Source: Desulfomonilia bacterium (lineage in GTDB: Bacteria; Desulfobacterota; Desulfomonilia; UBA1062). From it: a DNA stretch of 64,000 nucleotides. Where the stretch lies: assembly GCA_963664325.2 (NCBI GenBank), contig CAXXDQ010000003.1:736001-800000 (forward strand), in the 5' to 3' direction. The notes under the pieces are model-generated. The model worked only from the letters and a program-made list of their open reading frames with translations. It was not told where the DNA came from and searched no databases. The translations under genes and the position numbers were made by a program. Shown here piece after piece: positions 9,758-20,620 of the stretch (position 1 is the stretch's first letter; the number at the start of each line of letters is the position of its first letter).

Positions 9758-12027
9758 CATGAAATCGTAATTGATGCTGAAGAAGCGGAATTAAGCTCTG
9801 CAGTTATTGATAGAGTGCTTGCAATATCATCATAAAAAACTTTTTGAATAGTGCATCCATCAGCTTCGACCCTGCAGGAAGAAGCGTCATAACAGTGAAA
9901 AACGAAGGTGATATTTCTTTTCAGGGGCTGAGCGGAGAAAGTCCCTGTGGACGGGTCAACAGCAACAGACACACCTGAACCGGTTCCATTTCTGATTGAA
10001 ATTTTCTGCTTGGACGATTCACCCCTCTGATAGGCAAGGGTCGAACAGTCGTCTTCATATAAAACAGCATCACCATCAAAGGGTGGGAAGGTATGTATTT
10101 CAATCTCATCAAACCTGTGGCCATCCGGTATGAATTGAAGCAACTTGCCCATGATTACAGGTTTGCCTCCCCGGCTGAACAGCGGCAGGTGTCCGTCATC
10201 CACGGGCACATCAAGCCATCCCGGTCCTTCAAACCTTTTGCCGTCCCAGAATGAATACCACAGACCTTTAGGAAAATAGGCCTTGATTGAATTCACACCG
10301 GATTCCAGAACTGGAGCCATCATAAGGGAATCTCCGATCATGAGCTGCTGCCATATTGGTCTTGTATGCGGATCATCAGGGAATTCCAGATAAAGCGGCC
10401 TTATAATCGGGATGCCGGTATCGTGGGCCTCTCGGGCAAGTTTGTAGTAATAAGGCAGCAGGCGCATTTTCAAATCCATATGCCTCCTGAAGTTTTCTTC
10501 GCACGCTTTATCTATTCCCCAGGGATTCCTGTTCGGGTCGTGGGGGCAGGAAAAATATCTCGACAACGGGCTGAAAATTGTGAATTGGGAATACCTGCGG
10601 TGAAGCTCGGCTGACGGCGATTTGTATAGGGAAAGAACATCCGCGCCCCAGTAGGCATATCCCAGAAGGCTCATGTTGAGGCCGCATCTCATTGTTGCGG
10701 CAATATGTTTGAATTCCGGTGTCTGGTCGCCCAGGAATATTCCGGGAAAGCGCTGTGTACCGGCCCAGTTTGTCCTTGAAAAGACCAGAGCCCTTCTGTC
10801 GCCATGGTATTCCTGGCACCTCTCGAAAAGCGCCTTTGTATAATAGAAACAGTAAATATTGTGATATTCCTCGTCATCAAGCCCGATTGAGGATTTCGAA
10901 CCCTTCGGGAGATATTCCGCACCGTCGTTCTTGAAGAAATAGACACCCTGATCAAGCAGGGGTTTCTGCTGGTCAAACCACCAGTCGCAGGCCTCGTCGT
11001 TTGTGAAATCAACGGCGCCGCCCCTGCCCAGCCACCAGGTCACATTGTCATGCGCAAAATAGCCTTTCTTAAGGCCAGCATTGTAATTATCTGTTGCATA
11101 GTCCTTTGACAGCAATGGGACACCGTCAGGGGCGTTTTTGACATAAATCCTTACCAGCAGCTTATATAATGGGTATGAATCCCTGTTTATGTAAGGGGTG
11201 TAGATAAGACCGGTCTTTATTCCTTCTTCTTTCATCAGGCCAAGCATCTTCTCAGGTTCAGGGAAAATGGACTTACGCCATTTGAAATCGGAAAAGGCCT
11301 CCTGCCAATGGTAGTCAAAGATAACAGCATCGAGCGGAATTTGCTTTTTTCTGTGCTCGCGTATGCGGGTGAGGGTTTCCTTCTGGTTTTCAACAGGGTA
11401 GGCGGTATTCCACAGTCCGAAGGCCCAGAGAGGCAAAAGCGGCGGTCTGCCTGTCAGTGCAGTATAGCTCGTAATTATCTCCTTGAAATCTGAGCCTGTT
11501 ATGACAAAAAAATCCAGCTTGCCGCCCGAAAACCTGGCTGAAAGTCTTCCATCGGGCTTGTTGATTTTCACCTTTGACTTATGGGCGTTTAAAATGAATA
11601 TCATATAGCCGCGGTCGCTTAAAAAACACGGGAATGCGGAATAGGTCTGTTTGTGCTGAAGGAAAGCCGGCGATTCGAGGTTGTGAATGGTGAGTTCGCC
11701 GCTTGTCCTTCTGAATCCGTTAAACCATTCTCCGAAACCGTAAAATCCCTCATCTTCACATGTACTGATATTAAAAGAAAGCATGGCCGGGTCTGTAAGG
11801 ATTTCAAGGATTTTATTTTTAAAACTTAATTTCAGCTGTCCTTTATTTCTGTCATATGAAATTCCTGAAAAGAATGTCGATGAGATGTCTTCGTGATAAT
11901 CATTAGGCAAAAGCACATCCTTGACAAAAGGTGCTTCACTGAAATCATTGTCATTCGAAACAGTGATCCGGGCGATATTCTTCCCGATAAAATGAAACTT
12001 TGATCCGGAAGGTGCGTTTTCAGACAT
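9757..12027 (-). CDS. Glycoside hydrolase family 31 (alpha-glucosidase/alpha-xylosidase-like)
   Basis: FYGFGE; LTGRPPLLPLWAFG; IPLDAVIFDYHW; FKNDGAE nucleophile region; GDQ acid/base; LLPYYY; GIPIIRPL. Probable start is the ATG at 12027 after AGGGAG. Confidence 0.9.
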   Translation of the reverse strand: MSENAPSGSKFHFIGKNIARITVSNDNDFSEAPFVKDVLLPNDYHEDISSTFFSGISYDRNKGQLKLSFKNKILEILTDPAMLSFNISTCEDEGFYGFGEWFNGFRRTSGELTIHNLESPAFLQHKQTYSAFPCFLSDRGYMIFILNAHKSKVKINKPDGRLSARFSGGKLDFFVITGSDFKEIITSYTALTGRPPLLPLWAFGLWNTAYPVENQKETLTRIREHRKKQIPLDAVIFDYHWQEAFSDFKWRKSIFPEPEKMLGLMKEEGIKTGLIYTPYINRDSYPLYKLLVRIYVKNAPDGVPLLSKDYATDNYNAGLKKGYFAHDNVTWWLGRGGAVDFTNDEACDWWFDQQKPLLDQGVYFFKNDGAEYLPKGSKSSIGLDDEEYHNIYCFYYTKALFERCQEYHGDRRALVFSRTNWAGTQRFPGIFLGDQTPEFKHIAATMRCGLNMSLLGYAYWGADVLSLYKSPSAELHRRYSQFTIFSPLSRYFSCPHDPNRNPWGIDKACEENFRRHMDLKMRLLPYYYKLAREAHDTGIPIIRPLYLEFPDDPHTRPIWQQLMIGDSLMMAPVLESGVNSIKAYFPKGLWYSFWDGKRFEGPGWLDVPVDDGHLPLFSRGGKPVIMGKLLQFIPDGHRFDEIEIHTFPPFDGDAVLYEDDCSTLAYQRGESSKQKISIRNGTGSGVSVAVDPSTGTFSAQPLKRNITFVFHCYDASSCRVEADGCTIQKVFYDDIASTLSITAELNSASSASITIS

Positions 12028-12067
12028 CTCTAAACTCCCTTTATATATCGGTCGGCAGAAAAGCTTG

Positions 12068-13723
12068 TTATTCAAGAACAGCACCCATTGCCGCGGAACC
12101 TACCAATTTTACATATCTCTGCATATAGCCTTTCGGGATATGTTTTGTTGCGGGTATAAAACCGGCAAGCCTTGACGCCAGTTCCTTTTCCGTAAGATTT
12201 ACGGACAGCTTCCTGTTCGGAATGTCAATTATAATTTCATCTCCATTTCTAACTGCGGCAATAGGGCCGCCGGAAATTGCTTCAGGAGATACATGGCCTA
12301 TGCACGGGCCTGATGTCGCACCGGAAAACCGGCCGTCGGTGATCAGCCCAACGCGTTTGAAACCCGCCAGATCCAGCCCCATTGTCACTGCGAGCGTTTC
12401 AGGCATTCCGGGGCCGCCTTTCGGCCCTTCATACCTGATAAGGACAACCTCGCCCTCCCTGATATTTTTTTCCCGGATTGCCTTGAGGGCATCGGCTTCC
12501 GAATCAAAGACATGGGCAGGTCCGGTAAAGACAAGCATGTCCTTCGAAACCGCAGACTGCTTAACTATTGCCCCTTCAGGTGCGAGATTGCCGAACAGGG
12601 CGACGGTCCCGCCTTCATCAAGATAAGGAGACTCTTTGCTTCTTATTACAGAAGGGTTTTTGATTTCCGCGAAGGCGGTAATATCTCCTACTTTAAATCC
12701 TGCTGCTGTCATGCAGTCCAGATGCAGGTCATTAACAAGAGCTTTCATTACCCCGGGGATTCCGCCCGCGATAAACAGATCGATAATCCCATGCGGACCG
12801 TTAGGCGAAATGCTCAATAAGGTGGGAATTTTTTTGTTGAATTCATTGAACTTTGAAATCGGGAACTCTATTCCCAGTTCATTTGCAATTGCCGGAAGGT
12901 GAAGGGCCGAATTGGTTGAACCGCCTATGGCTAGATCAACCATGAGGGCATTTTCAATGGATTTTTCCGTTAGTATTTTTCCTGCAGACAAACCTTCATC
13001 AACCATTGCCACTATTCGCTTCCCTGAATTCCTTGCAGCAAGAAGCTTTCCCGAATGCCAGGCCGGTATGCTCGCAGTACCGGGCAGGCAAAGCCCAAAG
13101 GCTTCGATGAGAGACTGCATCGTGTTTGCTGTGCCCATCAGTTCGCAAGAACCGCATGTTGATGCGGTTGCACAGGAAAGCTTGTCAAGTAGGTCATCAT
13201 ATGACTTGTGGTCTATGCTGCCCCTGTTCGTATGCTTGAACCTTATTTCCCATGCATTCGGCCCTCCCGTTACAAATATTGATGGCACATCAAGCCTGGC
13301 GGCGGCCATTATCATACCGGGGATTATTTTATCGCAGCTTGCAATGAAAACTATCCCGTCATAACGCATGCTCCTGACATGGGTTTCTATGATGTCGGCA
13401 ATCAGGTCACGCTGGGCCAGGACGAATCTCATACCCTCATGGCCTTCGGTAATGCCGTCACATGGAGCCGGGACGTTGAATTCAAAAGGAATGCCTCCGG
13501 CTGCATGTACCCCTTCCTTCGCCCTTTGTGCCAGCAGGGATAAATGCATATGCCCTGGATTAATATCTGTTGCTGATGATGCTATTGCAATTACAGGTTT
13601 GTCTTTAAGCTCATCCATGTCACAGCCCGTACCCTGAAAGATGGATTTGCGGACCACGCTGATAGGAAAATCCATATCATCGAAAATCGGCGTGCTTTGC
13701 GGCTTTTTCATCGGTTCCTCCAA
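12068..13723 (-). CDS. ilvD: IlvD/Edd family dehydratase (dihydroxy-acid or sugar-acid dehydratase)
   Basis: PGHMHL; CDGITEGH; CDKIIPG; GGSTN; EGPKGGPGM; TDGRFSG; GHVSPEA. Confidence 0.9.
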   Translation of the reverse strand: MEEPMKKPQSTPIFDDMDFPISVVRKSIFQGTGCDMDELKDKPVIAIASSATDINPGHMHLSLLAQRAKEGVHAAGGIPFEFNVPAPCDGITEGHEGMRFVLAQRDLIADIIETHVRSMRYDGIVFIASCDKIIPGMIMAAARLDVPSIFVTGGPNAWEIRFKHTNRGSIDHKSYDDLLDKLSCATASTCGSCELMGTANTMQSLIEAFGLCLPGTASIPAWHSGKLLAARNSGKRIVAMVDEGLSAGKILTEKSIENALMVDLAIGGSTNSALHLPAIANELGIEFPISKFNEFNKKIPTLLSISPNGPHGIIDLFIAGGIPGVMKALVNDLHLDCMTAAGFKVGDITAFAEIKNPSVIRSKESPYLDEGGTVALFGNLAPEGAIVKQSAVSKDMLVFTGPAHVFDSEADALKAIREKNIREGEVVLIRYEGPKGGPGMPETLAVTMGLDLAGFKRVGLITDGRFSGATSGPCIGHVSPEAISGGPIAAVRNGDEIIIDIPNRKLSVNLTEKELASRLAGFIPATKHIPKGYMQRYVKLVGSAAMGAVLE

Positions 13724-14003
13724 AAGCGGAATAAATTATTTATGTTTAAGCAATATTCCCTGCCCTTATTTTGTCAAGGCATTCCAAAAAAATATTTTTA
13801 TAATTCTCTCAAGGTTCATAAATGAATTCTTTGATTTTCTAGGAGTAAAAAAGATCAGGAATAAGAATTGTGAAGATTTGTTTCCAGGGAGACAAACAGC
13901 AGTAATAATTGATTATGCCGCTTGCCGTTAATACGCGAGTATTGACGTATCCATAATATTATGGCATGAGGCTATCACTTCTTAAAACCAAAGGAATAAA
14001 ACC

Positions 14004-14198
14004 ATGGCAAGAGTAACGGTAGAAGATTGTCTAGAGAAATTAAACGACCGCTTTTCACTTGCAATAGCGGCTTCCAAACGAACAAAGCAGTTGATTAAAG
14101 GTGCAGAACCGCTGTGCAACAGGAAAGAGAACAGACAGGTAGTAACTTCTCTCAGGGAGATAGCTGAGGGGAGAATAGGTATTGTAAGGAAAGGATGA
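14004..14198 (+). CDS. rpoZ: RNA polymerase omega subunit
   Basis: [10 protein letters not shown]...RF.L...LREIAEG. Confidence 0.95.
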   Translation: MARVTVEDCLEKLNDRFSLAIAASKRTKQLIKGAEPLCNRKENRQVVTSLREIAEGRIGIVRKG

Positions 14199-15301
14199 CA
14201 AAAAGGGATTACTACGAAATTCTCGGCGTTTCCAGATCTGCTTCCTCCGATGAAATAAAAAAGGTATACCGGCAGTCGGCCTTAAAATACCACCCGGACA
14301 GGAATCCCGGGGACAAGGATGCAGAAGAACGCTTCAAGGAGGCCGCCGAGGCCTACGAGGTTCTTCACGATCCTGAAAAGAGGCGCATCTATGACCAGTA
14401 TGGCCATGATGGCTTGACCGGGGCCGGTTTCCGCGGGTTCAACAATTTCGAAGAGATATTCGGAAGCTTCTCTGACCTGTTCGGTGAGATGTTCGGTTTC
14501 GGGTCATCGAGAAGGGGTGGCGGAAGAAGACCTGCAAGGGGTTCTGACTTAAAGAAACAGGTCTTAATATCGCTAAATGAAGCAGCCAAAGGGACCGAAC
14601 TTGAACTTGAGATTCCCAAGAATGAACCATGCGATGTCTGTGAAGGAAGCGGTGCGGAACCAGGAAGCAAGGCGCAGACCTGTACCGCATGCCATGGTAA
14701 AGGCCAAATCTACCGCTCGCAGGGTTTCTTTACCATAAGTTCCACATGCCCAAAATGCAGGGGTGAAGGTAAAATCATATCCAAGCCTTGCAAACCATGC
14801 AGGGGCACAGGAATCATTTCAAGGGCAAAAAAGCTTAAGGTCAAGATCCCTGCAGGTGTAGACAATGGCTCGACAATGCGTGTATCCGGTGAAGGGGATA
14901 TCGGTGAATACGGGGGTCCCCCGGGTGATCTTTATGTGGTTATCGAAGTAAAGACTCATGAACTTTTTGCCAGGCAGGGTGACGACCTTTATTTCGAACT
15001 GCCAGTTTCATTTACACATGCCGCACTTGGCTCCACAATGAAAGTCCCTACGCTCGATGGCGAACATGAAATAGAGATCAAGGCCGGAACACAGCCCGGA
15101 GACATATTAACCATAAGGGGAAAAGGCATAAAACATCTGCGGGGTTCCGGGTCGGGTGATCTTAAAATAATATTCAGAGTCATTATCCCTCAGAAGTTGA
15201 CGAAAGAACAGGCGGAACTTCTCAGACAGTTTGCAGGGACAATGCATGATGATACCGGCGAACTGGGCAAAGGCAAGAAAAAGTTCGGTCTGTTTGCTTG
15301 A
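14195..15301 (+). CDS. dnaJ: Chaperone DnaJ
   Basis: J domain with HPD; G/F-rich region; four CxxCxGxG repeats. Confidence 0.97.
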   Translation: MTKRDYYEILGVSRSASSDEIKKVYRQSALKYHPDRNPGDKDAEERFKEAAEAYEVLHDPEKRRIYDQYGHDGLTGAGFRGFNNFEEIFGSFSDLFGEMFGFGSSRRGGGRRPARGSDLKKQVLISLNEAAKGTELELEIPKNEPCDVCEGSGAEPGSKAQTCTACHGKGQIYRSQGFFTISSTCPKCRGEGKIISKPCKPCRGTGIISRAKKLKVKIPAGVDNGSTMRVSGEGDIGEYGGPPGDLYVVIEVKTHELFARQGDDLYFELPVSFTHAALGSTMKVPTLDGEHEIEIKAGTQPGDILTIRGKGIKHLRGSGSGDLKIIFRVIIPQKLTKEQAELLRQFAGTMHDDTGELGKGKKKFGLFA

Positions 15302-15358
15302 CAGCCTGTTGAAAATATCCGTATTGACTGATCATACTAGGAAACCTAAAGTCTAAAC

Positions 15359-16285
15359 ATGGTGCACCTGATATTATTTATCGTAAGGATTGTTCCAAGG
15401 CCTGTCGGTATTTCATTTTTCAGGACTCTTGGTCTTATCCTGTATTATCTGATGCCGGAACGCAGAAGGATCGCATTGACAAATCTTGATATCTGTCTTG
15501 GCAATGCCACGAATAAAAATGAACGAAAACTGATAGCCAGGGAAAGTTTTAAAAATTCAATAAGCATAGCATTTGATTTTCTGAAGATAATGCAAATGCC
15601 GCCGGATAAGCAGTCTGAGCTGGTGAAAATAACAGGTGAAGAGAACATATCAGAGGCCCTTAAGGTTAAAAAAGGCGTTTTTGCGGTGAGCGCTCATCTG
15701 GGAAATTTCCCGCTCATGCTAGCCTTCATGTCAGGCAGAGGCTATCGCGTCAATGTTGTAACAAGGCAAATTAAGGCAAAATGGGCTGACAGGCTATATA
15801 CCGGTATGCTCAAGCGTTTCGGGACCGGCACTATTACAAAGGAGAGAGTTGCGCTCGGCATTATGAGGGCCTTGAAAAACGAAGAGATAGTCGGTTATGT
15901 TCTGGATCAGAACATGCAAAGGGAAACCGGGATATTTGTAGATTTTTTCGGCAGAAAAGCCTCAACCATAAGAGGGCTTGCCACTTTTTCAAACAGGTAC
16001 GGCAGCCCGATCCTTCCAGCCTATATTGTAAGTACGCCTAAGGGACATAAGATTTTTGTCGACAAACCCTATATTTATGATTCTTCAAACGAAGATGAAT
16101 TGCAGCTTACCCAGCGCTTTACTTCAATGATTGAAGAATGGGTAACAAAATATCCTGAACAATGGCTCTGGTATCACAGGAGGTTCAAAACAAGACCTGC
16201 CGGAGAAGACCGTATTTATCCGAGAAAACCAAGTCTGACAAAACGCTACAGAAGATGGAAACGGCAGAGGCTTGCCAATGGCTGA
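15359..16285 (+). CDS. Lipid A late acyltransferase (LpxL/HtrB family)
   Basis: SAHLGNF; LDQN; VDFFG; YPEQWLWYHRRFKTRP. Confidence 0.88.
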   Translation: MVHLILFIVRIVPRPVGISFFRTLGLILYYLMPERRRIALTNLDICLGNATNKNERKLIARESFKNSISIAFDFLKIMQMPPDKQSELVKITGEENISEALKVKKGVFAVSAHLGNFPLMLAFMSGRGYRVNVVTRQIKAKWADRLYTGMLKRFGTGTITKERVALGIMRALKNEEIVGYVLDQNMQRETGIFVDFFGRKASTIRGLATFSNRYGSPILPAYIVSTPKGHKIFVDKPYIYDSSNEDELQLTQRFTSMIEEWVTKYPEQWLWYHRRFKTRPAGEDRIYPRKPSLTKRYRRWKRQRLANG

Positions 16286-17711
16286 CGGTGCGTCATTACC
16301 AGGGGCATTTGGAAGAGAACTTGAGTCACGGTTCGAAGGGTATTCATGGGACAGGGTTAAATCCTCTTCTAAACGCAGCGTTTATCACCTGACAAAACAG
16401 GGGAATCCGGGCGTATATTTAAAAATTTATCATCCGCAGGATTTGTTCCAGAGGATCAGAAACCTTGTCTTGCCGAGGACACAGAAAGAAGCCGGCATGC
16501 TAAAAGAACTTGCCCGTTCGGGCATTCCTGCTGCGGAGGTGCTGGCTCATTTCTGCCATGGCACAGGTTCGGCTCTTGCTGTCAGGGAGGTGGAGAAAAG
16601 CCGGCTCCTGATTCATTTTGAGAAAGATTTCCAGGAAAAAATGCTTTTTTCTATTGCAGGTGATATCCTTGAACATGGTTTTGTCCATGACGATCTGCAT
16701 CCCGGCAACGTATTGATTGACAGCAGGAATAATTACATACTGATTGATTGCTATGAGGTGAAAAAAAAGAACGGCGACAGGCCCTCTGACAGGATCAGGT
16801 CATATGCTTCGATAGCGTCTGTGTTCGGGACGACCCTGCCTGAATTGAAAAGGCTTCTTCCGGCAGAGAATGAAGGAACAATCGATTCTATTGCCTTGAT
16901 GGCTCAAGATATCCGTCGCAAAAGGGTTAAAAGGTGGATCAGAAGATCTCTCTCTGATGGGAGCTTCAGCAAAACAGAAAAGAACAGGGATTATCATGCG
17001 ATAATTAAAAGGGATGAAACCATTGACCTGAAGGACATGATAAATATCCACAGAAATAATCTCAAGACCGGCTCCAATCTTCTCAAGGTCCAGGACAAAA
17101 CCCAGATATCAATTGCGGGCGATTATTGTGTGAAGACCTATAAAAAGCCTTTGATTTTAAATGAACCCTACGCACTCAGGTCTTGGAAGGGTTCGCTTAT
17201 TCTAATGCTCAACGGATTCAGGGTGGCCGAACCTGTTGCATGCATAGTGTTCAATGACGGGTCAAGCATGCTCATAAGCAGGAAACTCGGGTTTACCCAA
17301 ATGGACAGGCTGCTGCACAGCGGGAGACTAAATGCTCAGGAAATCAGTACCATGGCCATGTCATTAGGCCGGACAATAGGCAGAATGCATATGCTCGGCA
17401 TCTTTCATGCGGATTTGAAGGCATGCAATATATTTATTGATACTGCTGTGAATGAGGCCATCTTCATTGACACTGACAGGGTCGTTCAGAAAAAAGAGAT
17501 TTTAAGGGAAAAGAGATTGAGAAACCTTATGCAGATAGGACTCAGCCTGCCTAGTGCCGCATCAGTATCAGGAGGCAGGTCCATGATTGATGCATATACA
17601 TCTCAGACCGGAGACAATGCGGAATATTTAATCAGTGAATTGAAAAGAAAAATGGAAGGGGAAAAAATAGTTTTCACTACAGAGAACGGAGACGTGTTCG
17701 AAGTTTTTTAG
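16272..17711 (+). CDS. Lipopolysaccharide kinase (Kdo/WaaP/InaA family) with two kinase-like domains
   Basis: Two catalytic-loop motifs: HDDLHPGNVL..LID and HADLKACNIF..FIDTD; follows the lpxL-like gene. Confidence 0.78.
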   Translation: MPMADGASLPGAFGRELESRFEGYSWDRVKSSSKRSVYHLTKQGNPGVYLKIYHPQDLFQRIRNLVLPRTQKEAGMLKELARSGIPAAEVLAHFCHGTGSALAVREVEKSRLLIHFEKDFQEKMLFSIAGDILEHGFVHDDLHPGNVLIDSRNNYILIDCYEVKKKNGDRPSDRIRSYASIASVFGTTLPELKRLLPAENEGTIDSIALMAQDIRRKRVKRWIRRSLSDGSFSKTEKNRDYHAIIKRDETIDLKDMINIHRNNLKTGSNLLKVQDKTQISIAGDYCVKTYKKPLILNEPYALRSWKGSLILMLNGFRVAEPVACIVFNDGSSMLISRKLGFTQMDRLLHSGRLNAQEISTMAMSLGRTIGRMHMLGIFHADLKACNIFIDTAVNEAIFIDTDRVVQKKEILREKRLRNLMQIGLSLPSAASVSGGRSMIDAYTSQTGDNAEYLISELKRKMEGEKIVFTTENGDVFEVF

Positions 17712-18046
17712 CTGTCTTTCAGTACGCTTCCAGGGTCAGTTCTGACTTTTTCAAGCTTCGCTTTGAAATCATCTGTAGGTTCAACTCCGGCCTTCTTCAG
17801 CATGCGCTCCGCTTCCAGTCCTATGTTGCGGGAATCGCTGAAAAAGCTGTCGGATTTCCTTGAATCCGGATTGTATGATGCAAGCCTGTCGGTTTGAGAG
17901 CCGTGATAATTGACCCTGGAGATTATCTTGGTCATCCCGTCTGAACCGCATGATTCGCATTTCAGATTTTCAGGGTCAGAGAATCCCTGGACAAGAAAGC
18001 CCGTAATGTGAGAGCAAGATGAGCATTTGTATTCGTAAATTGGCAT
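17708..18046 (-). CDS. FmdB-family zinc-ribbon protein
   Basis: MPIYEYKCSSC...CESCGS...KIIS. Confidence 0.85.
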   Translation of the reverse strand: MPIYEYKCSSCSHITGFLVQGFSDPENLKCESCGSDGMTKIISRVNYHGSQTDRLASYNPDSRKSDSFFSDSRNIGLEAERMLKKAGVEPTDDFKAKLEKVRTDPGSVLKDS

Positions 18047-18055
18047 GGGTTATAT

Positions 18056-18088
18056 AAAGAAAAGGCAGGGCATTACCCCTGCCTTTTA
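18056..18088 (-). terminator. Intrinsic terminator of dnaK
   Basis: AAAAGGCAGGG/CCCTGCCTTTT inverted repeat just downstream of the dnaK stop. Confidence 0.8.
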
Positions 18089-18098
18089 GTGTTAAAAT

Positions 18099-20012
18099 TT
18101 ATTTTTGATCTCCCTTTACCTCTTCAAATTCCGCATCCACAACATCGTCAGGTTTTCCGCCGCCTGCTCCTCCGTCTCCGGCGCTGCCTGTCTGACCGGA
18201 ACCTTGTGCAGCAGAGGCATACATCATTTCAGCCAGTTTGTGGGAAGCCTGTACAAGGACGTCCATTCTCTGGTTGATCAGATCGGCATTGTCTCCCTTG
18301 ATTGCATCCTTAAGATCAACAATGGCATTCTCAATCTTGTTTCTCGTCATGCCGTCAACCTTGTCTCCATGCTCCTTCATGGTTTTTTCAGTTGTATAGA
18401 TAAGACTGTCGGCCTTATTTTTTGCCTCTGCCAGCGCCTGGCGGTTCTTGTCATCCTGGGCATGATCCTCAGCTTCATGGATCATGCGGTTTATGTCTTC
18501 TTCAGTAAGGCCGGAAGAGCTCGTAATCCTGATGGACTGTTCCTTGTTCGTAGCTTTGTCCTTGGCTGATACATGCAATATCCCGTTGGCGTCTATGTCG
18601 AAGGATACCTCAATCTGAGGGATTCCTCTAGGAGCAGGCGGTATACCCACAAGGTCGAACTGGCCAAGCAGCTTGTTATCTGTTGCCATCGGTCGTTCTC
18701 CCTGGAAGACCCTTATTGTAACTGCATTCTGGCTGTCTTCTGCGGTAGAGAACACCTGGGATTTATTTGTAGGTATTGTGGTGTTCCTTTCGATAACTTT
18801 TGTGAACACGCCTCCAAGCGTCTCGATGCCTAGTGAAAGAGGTGTGACGTCAAGAAGAAGGACATCTTTTACATCTCCGCCCAGAACACCGCCCTGAATG
18901 GCTGCACCTATAGCGACAACCTCGTCGGGATTGACTCCGCGGTGGGGTTCTTTGCCGAAAATCTCCTTAACCTTTTCAATGACTTTGGGCATTCTGGTCT
19001 GTCCGCCGACAAGGATAACTTCGTCTATCTGTGAGGCTGAAAGACCTGAATCGGCCAGGGCCTTGCGGCATGGACTTTCCAGCTTCTGGATTATATCATC
19101 AACCAGGGCTTCAAGCTTAGCCCTTGTCAACCGCATGTTTAGATGCTTGGGTCCGTTCTGGTCGGCGGTTATGAACGGCAGGTTGATTTCCGTTTCCATC
19201 ATTGAAGAAAGTTCATGTTTTGCCCGCTCCGCTGCTTCCTTGAGCCTCTGAAGCGCCATCCGGTCCTTGCTCAGATCAACACCTGATTCCTTCTTAAACT
19301 CACTTACGAGGTAATCGATTACATGATTGTCAATATCTTCGCCTCCGAGATGCGTGTCTCCGTTTGTTGCTTTAACCTCGAAAACTCCGTCACCTATTTC
19401 GAGAATCGAGATATCAAATGTCCCTCCGCCAAGGTCGAAGACCGCCACTTTCTCTTCTTTCTTTCTGTCGAGGCCATATGCAAGTGCAGCCGCAGTAGGC
19501 TCGTTGATTATGCGTTTGACATTGAATCCGGCAATTTTCCCGGCATCCTTCGTCGCCTGGCGCTGGCTGTCATTAAAATAGGCAGGTACGGTAATAACCA
19601 CATCTTCAATTTTTTCTCCGAGGTATGCTTCAGCATCTGTTTTGAGTTTCTGGAGAACCATGGCTGATATTTCGGGCGATGAATATATCCTGCCGTCGAC
19701 ATCGATTGCCGCATCGCCGTTGGTGGTATCAACTATCTTATAGGGCATTATCTTGATATCGCGCTGAACTTCGTTATCCGTGAACTTTCTTCCGATAAGC
19801 CTTTTAATTGCATAAAGAGTGCGTTCTGAATTTGTAACAGCCTGGCGTCTTGCAACCTGGCCCACCAGCCTTTCGCCGCTTCCGGTGAAAGCTACAACGG
19901 ATGGTGTCGTACGGGACCCTTCGGCATTCGGTATGACTTTGGGGTCGCCGCCTTCCATGATGGCCATGCAAGAATTTGTCGTTCCTAGATCAATTCCCAG
20001 GATTTTTCCCAT
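18099..20012 (-). CDS. dnaK: Chaperone DnaK
   Basis: GIDLGTTNS; VPAYFND; DLGGGTFD; [10 protein letters not shown]. Confidence 0.99.
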   Translation of the reverse strand: MGKILGIDLGTTNSCMAIMEGGDPKVIPNAEGSRTTPSVVAFTGSGERLVGQVARRQAVTNSERTLYAIKRLIGRKFTDNEVQRDIKIMPYKIVDTTNGDAAIDVDGRIYSSPEISAMVLQKLKTDAEAYLGEKIEDVVITVPAYFNDSQRQATKDAGKIAGFNVKRIINEPTAAALAYGLDRKKEEKVAVFDLGGGTFDISILEIGDGVFEVKATNGDTHLGGEDIDNHVIDYLVSEFKKESGVDLSKDRMALQRLKEAAERAKHELSSMMETEINLPFITADQNGPKHLNMRLTRAKLEALVDDIIQKLESPCRKALADSGLSASQIDEVILVGGQTRMPKVIEKVKEIFGKEPHRGVNPDEVVAIGAAIQGGVLGGDVKDVLLLDVTPLSLGIETLGGVFTKVIERNTTIPTNKSQVFSTAEDSQNAVTIRVFQGERPMATDNKLLGQFDLVGIPPAPRGIPQIEVSFDIDANGILHVSAKDKATNKEQSIRITSSSGLTEEDINRMIHEAEDHAQDDKNRQALAEAKNKADSLIYTTEKTMKEHGDKVDGMTRNKIENAIVDLKDAIKGDNADLINQRMDVLVQASHKLAEMMYASAAQGSGQTGSAGDGGAGGGKPDDVVDAEFEEVKGDQK

Positions 20013-20026
20013 AACTACATTCCTCC

Positions 20027-20620
20027 TTAGTTAGTATCTTTTGTCTTCTCAATCGATACGGAAACCTTTGCCGGCCTCAGTACCCTGTCGTAAAGCATGA
20101 ACCCCTTTTCAAACTCATCAACCACTATGTCCGGCATCGTAATATCGTCATCCACCCTCTGCAGCATAGCCTCATGATAGTTTGGATTAAAGGGGGCGCC
20201 TTTCTTTGCATCTATAGGTTCTACATGATGGCGTTTCAAGGTTTCGACAAAAAGTTTTTCGACCATTTCAAGCCCGCCGATAAAATTCGTGTCTTCGGGA
20301 TGAAGGTCTTTTGCCACCTGCACGGACTTGTCGATAGAATCATAAACCCTAAGCATATCACTTAAGAGACTTTCATTGCCGTATTTATGAATGTTTTCCC
20401 TGTCCCGCTGAAATCTTTTTTTCATGTTTTCAATCTCGGCCAGGGACCTTAAATACTTGTCTTTCATTTCATCAAGCTGCCCGATAAGTGTCTGTATCTC
20501 GTTGTCGAGATCTTCTGATGCCTGGTTCTCAACCGGCTTTTCTTCCGGTGCTTCTAGATAGCCGGTCATTTCTTCTTTTAAATCTTTTTGCTTTCCGCTG
20601 CTCATTTCATATCTCCTCAA
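20027..20620 (-). CDS. grpE: Nucleotide exchange factor GrpE
   Basis: [10 protein letters not shown]; FNPNYHEA; [17 protein letters not shown]. Confidence 0.95.
   Translation of the reverse strand: MRRYEMSSGKQKDLKEEMTGYLEAPEEKPVENQASEDLDNEIQTLIGQLDEMKDKYLRSLAEIENMKKRFQRDRENIHKYGNESLLSDMLRVYDSIDKSVQVAKDLHPEDTNFIGGLEMVEKLFVETLKRHHVEPIDAKKGAPFNPNYHEAMLQRVDDDITMPDIVVDEFEKGFMLYDRVLRPAKVSVSIEKTKDTN

Noticed and set aside
9757-13723. Sulfoglycolytic (sulfo-ED) cluster
   Set aside because: The GH31 nucleophile motif is not YihQ-like, and no SQ dehydrogenase, lactonase or exporter is adjacent.
13749-13768. Sigma54 promoter upstream of ilvD
   Set aside because: The spacing is GG-N11-GC; a sigma70 TTGACA box explains the region better.
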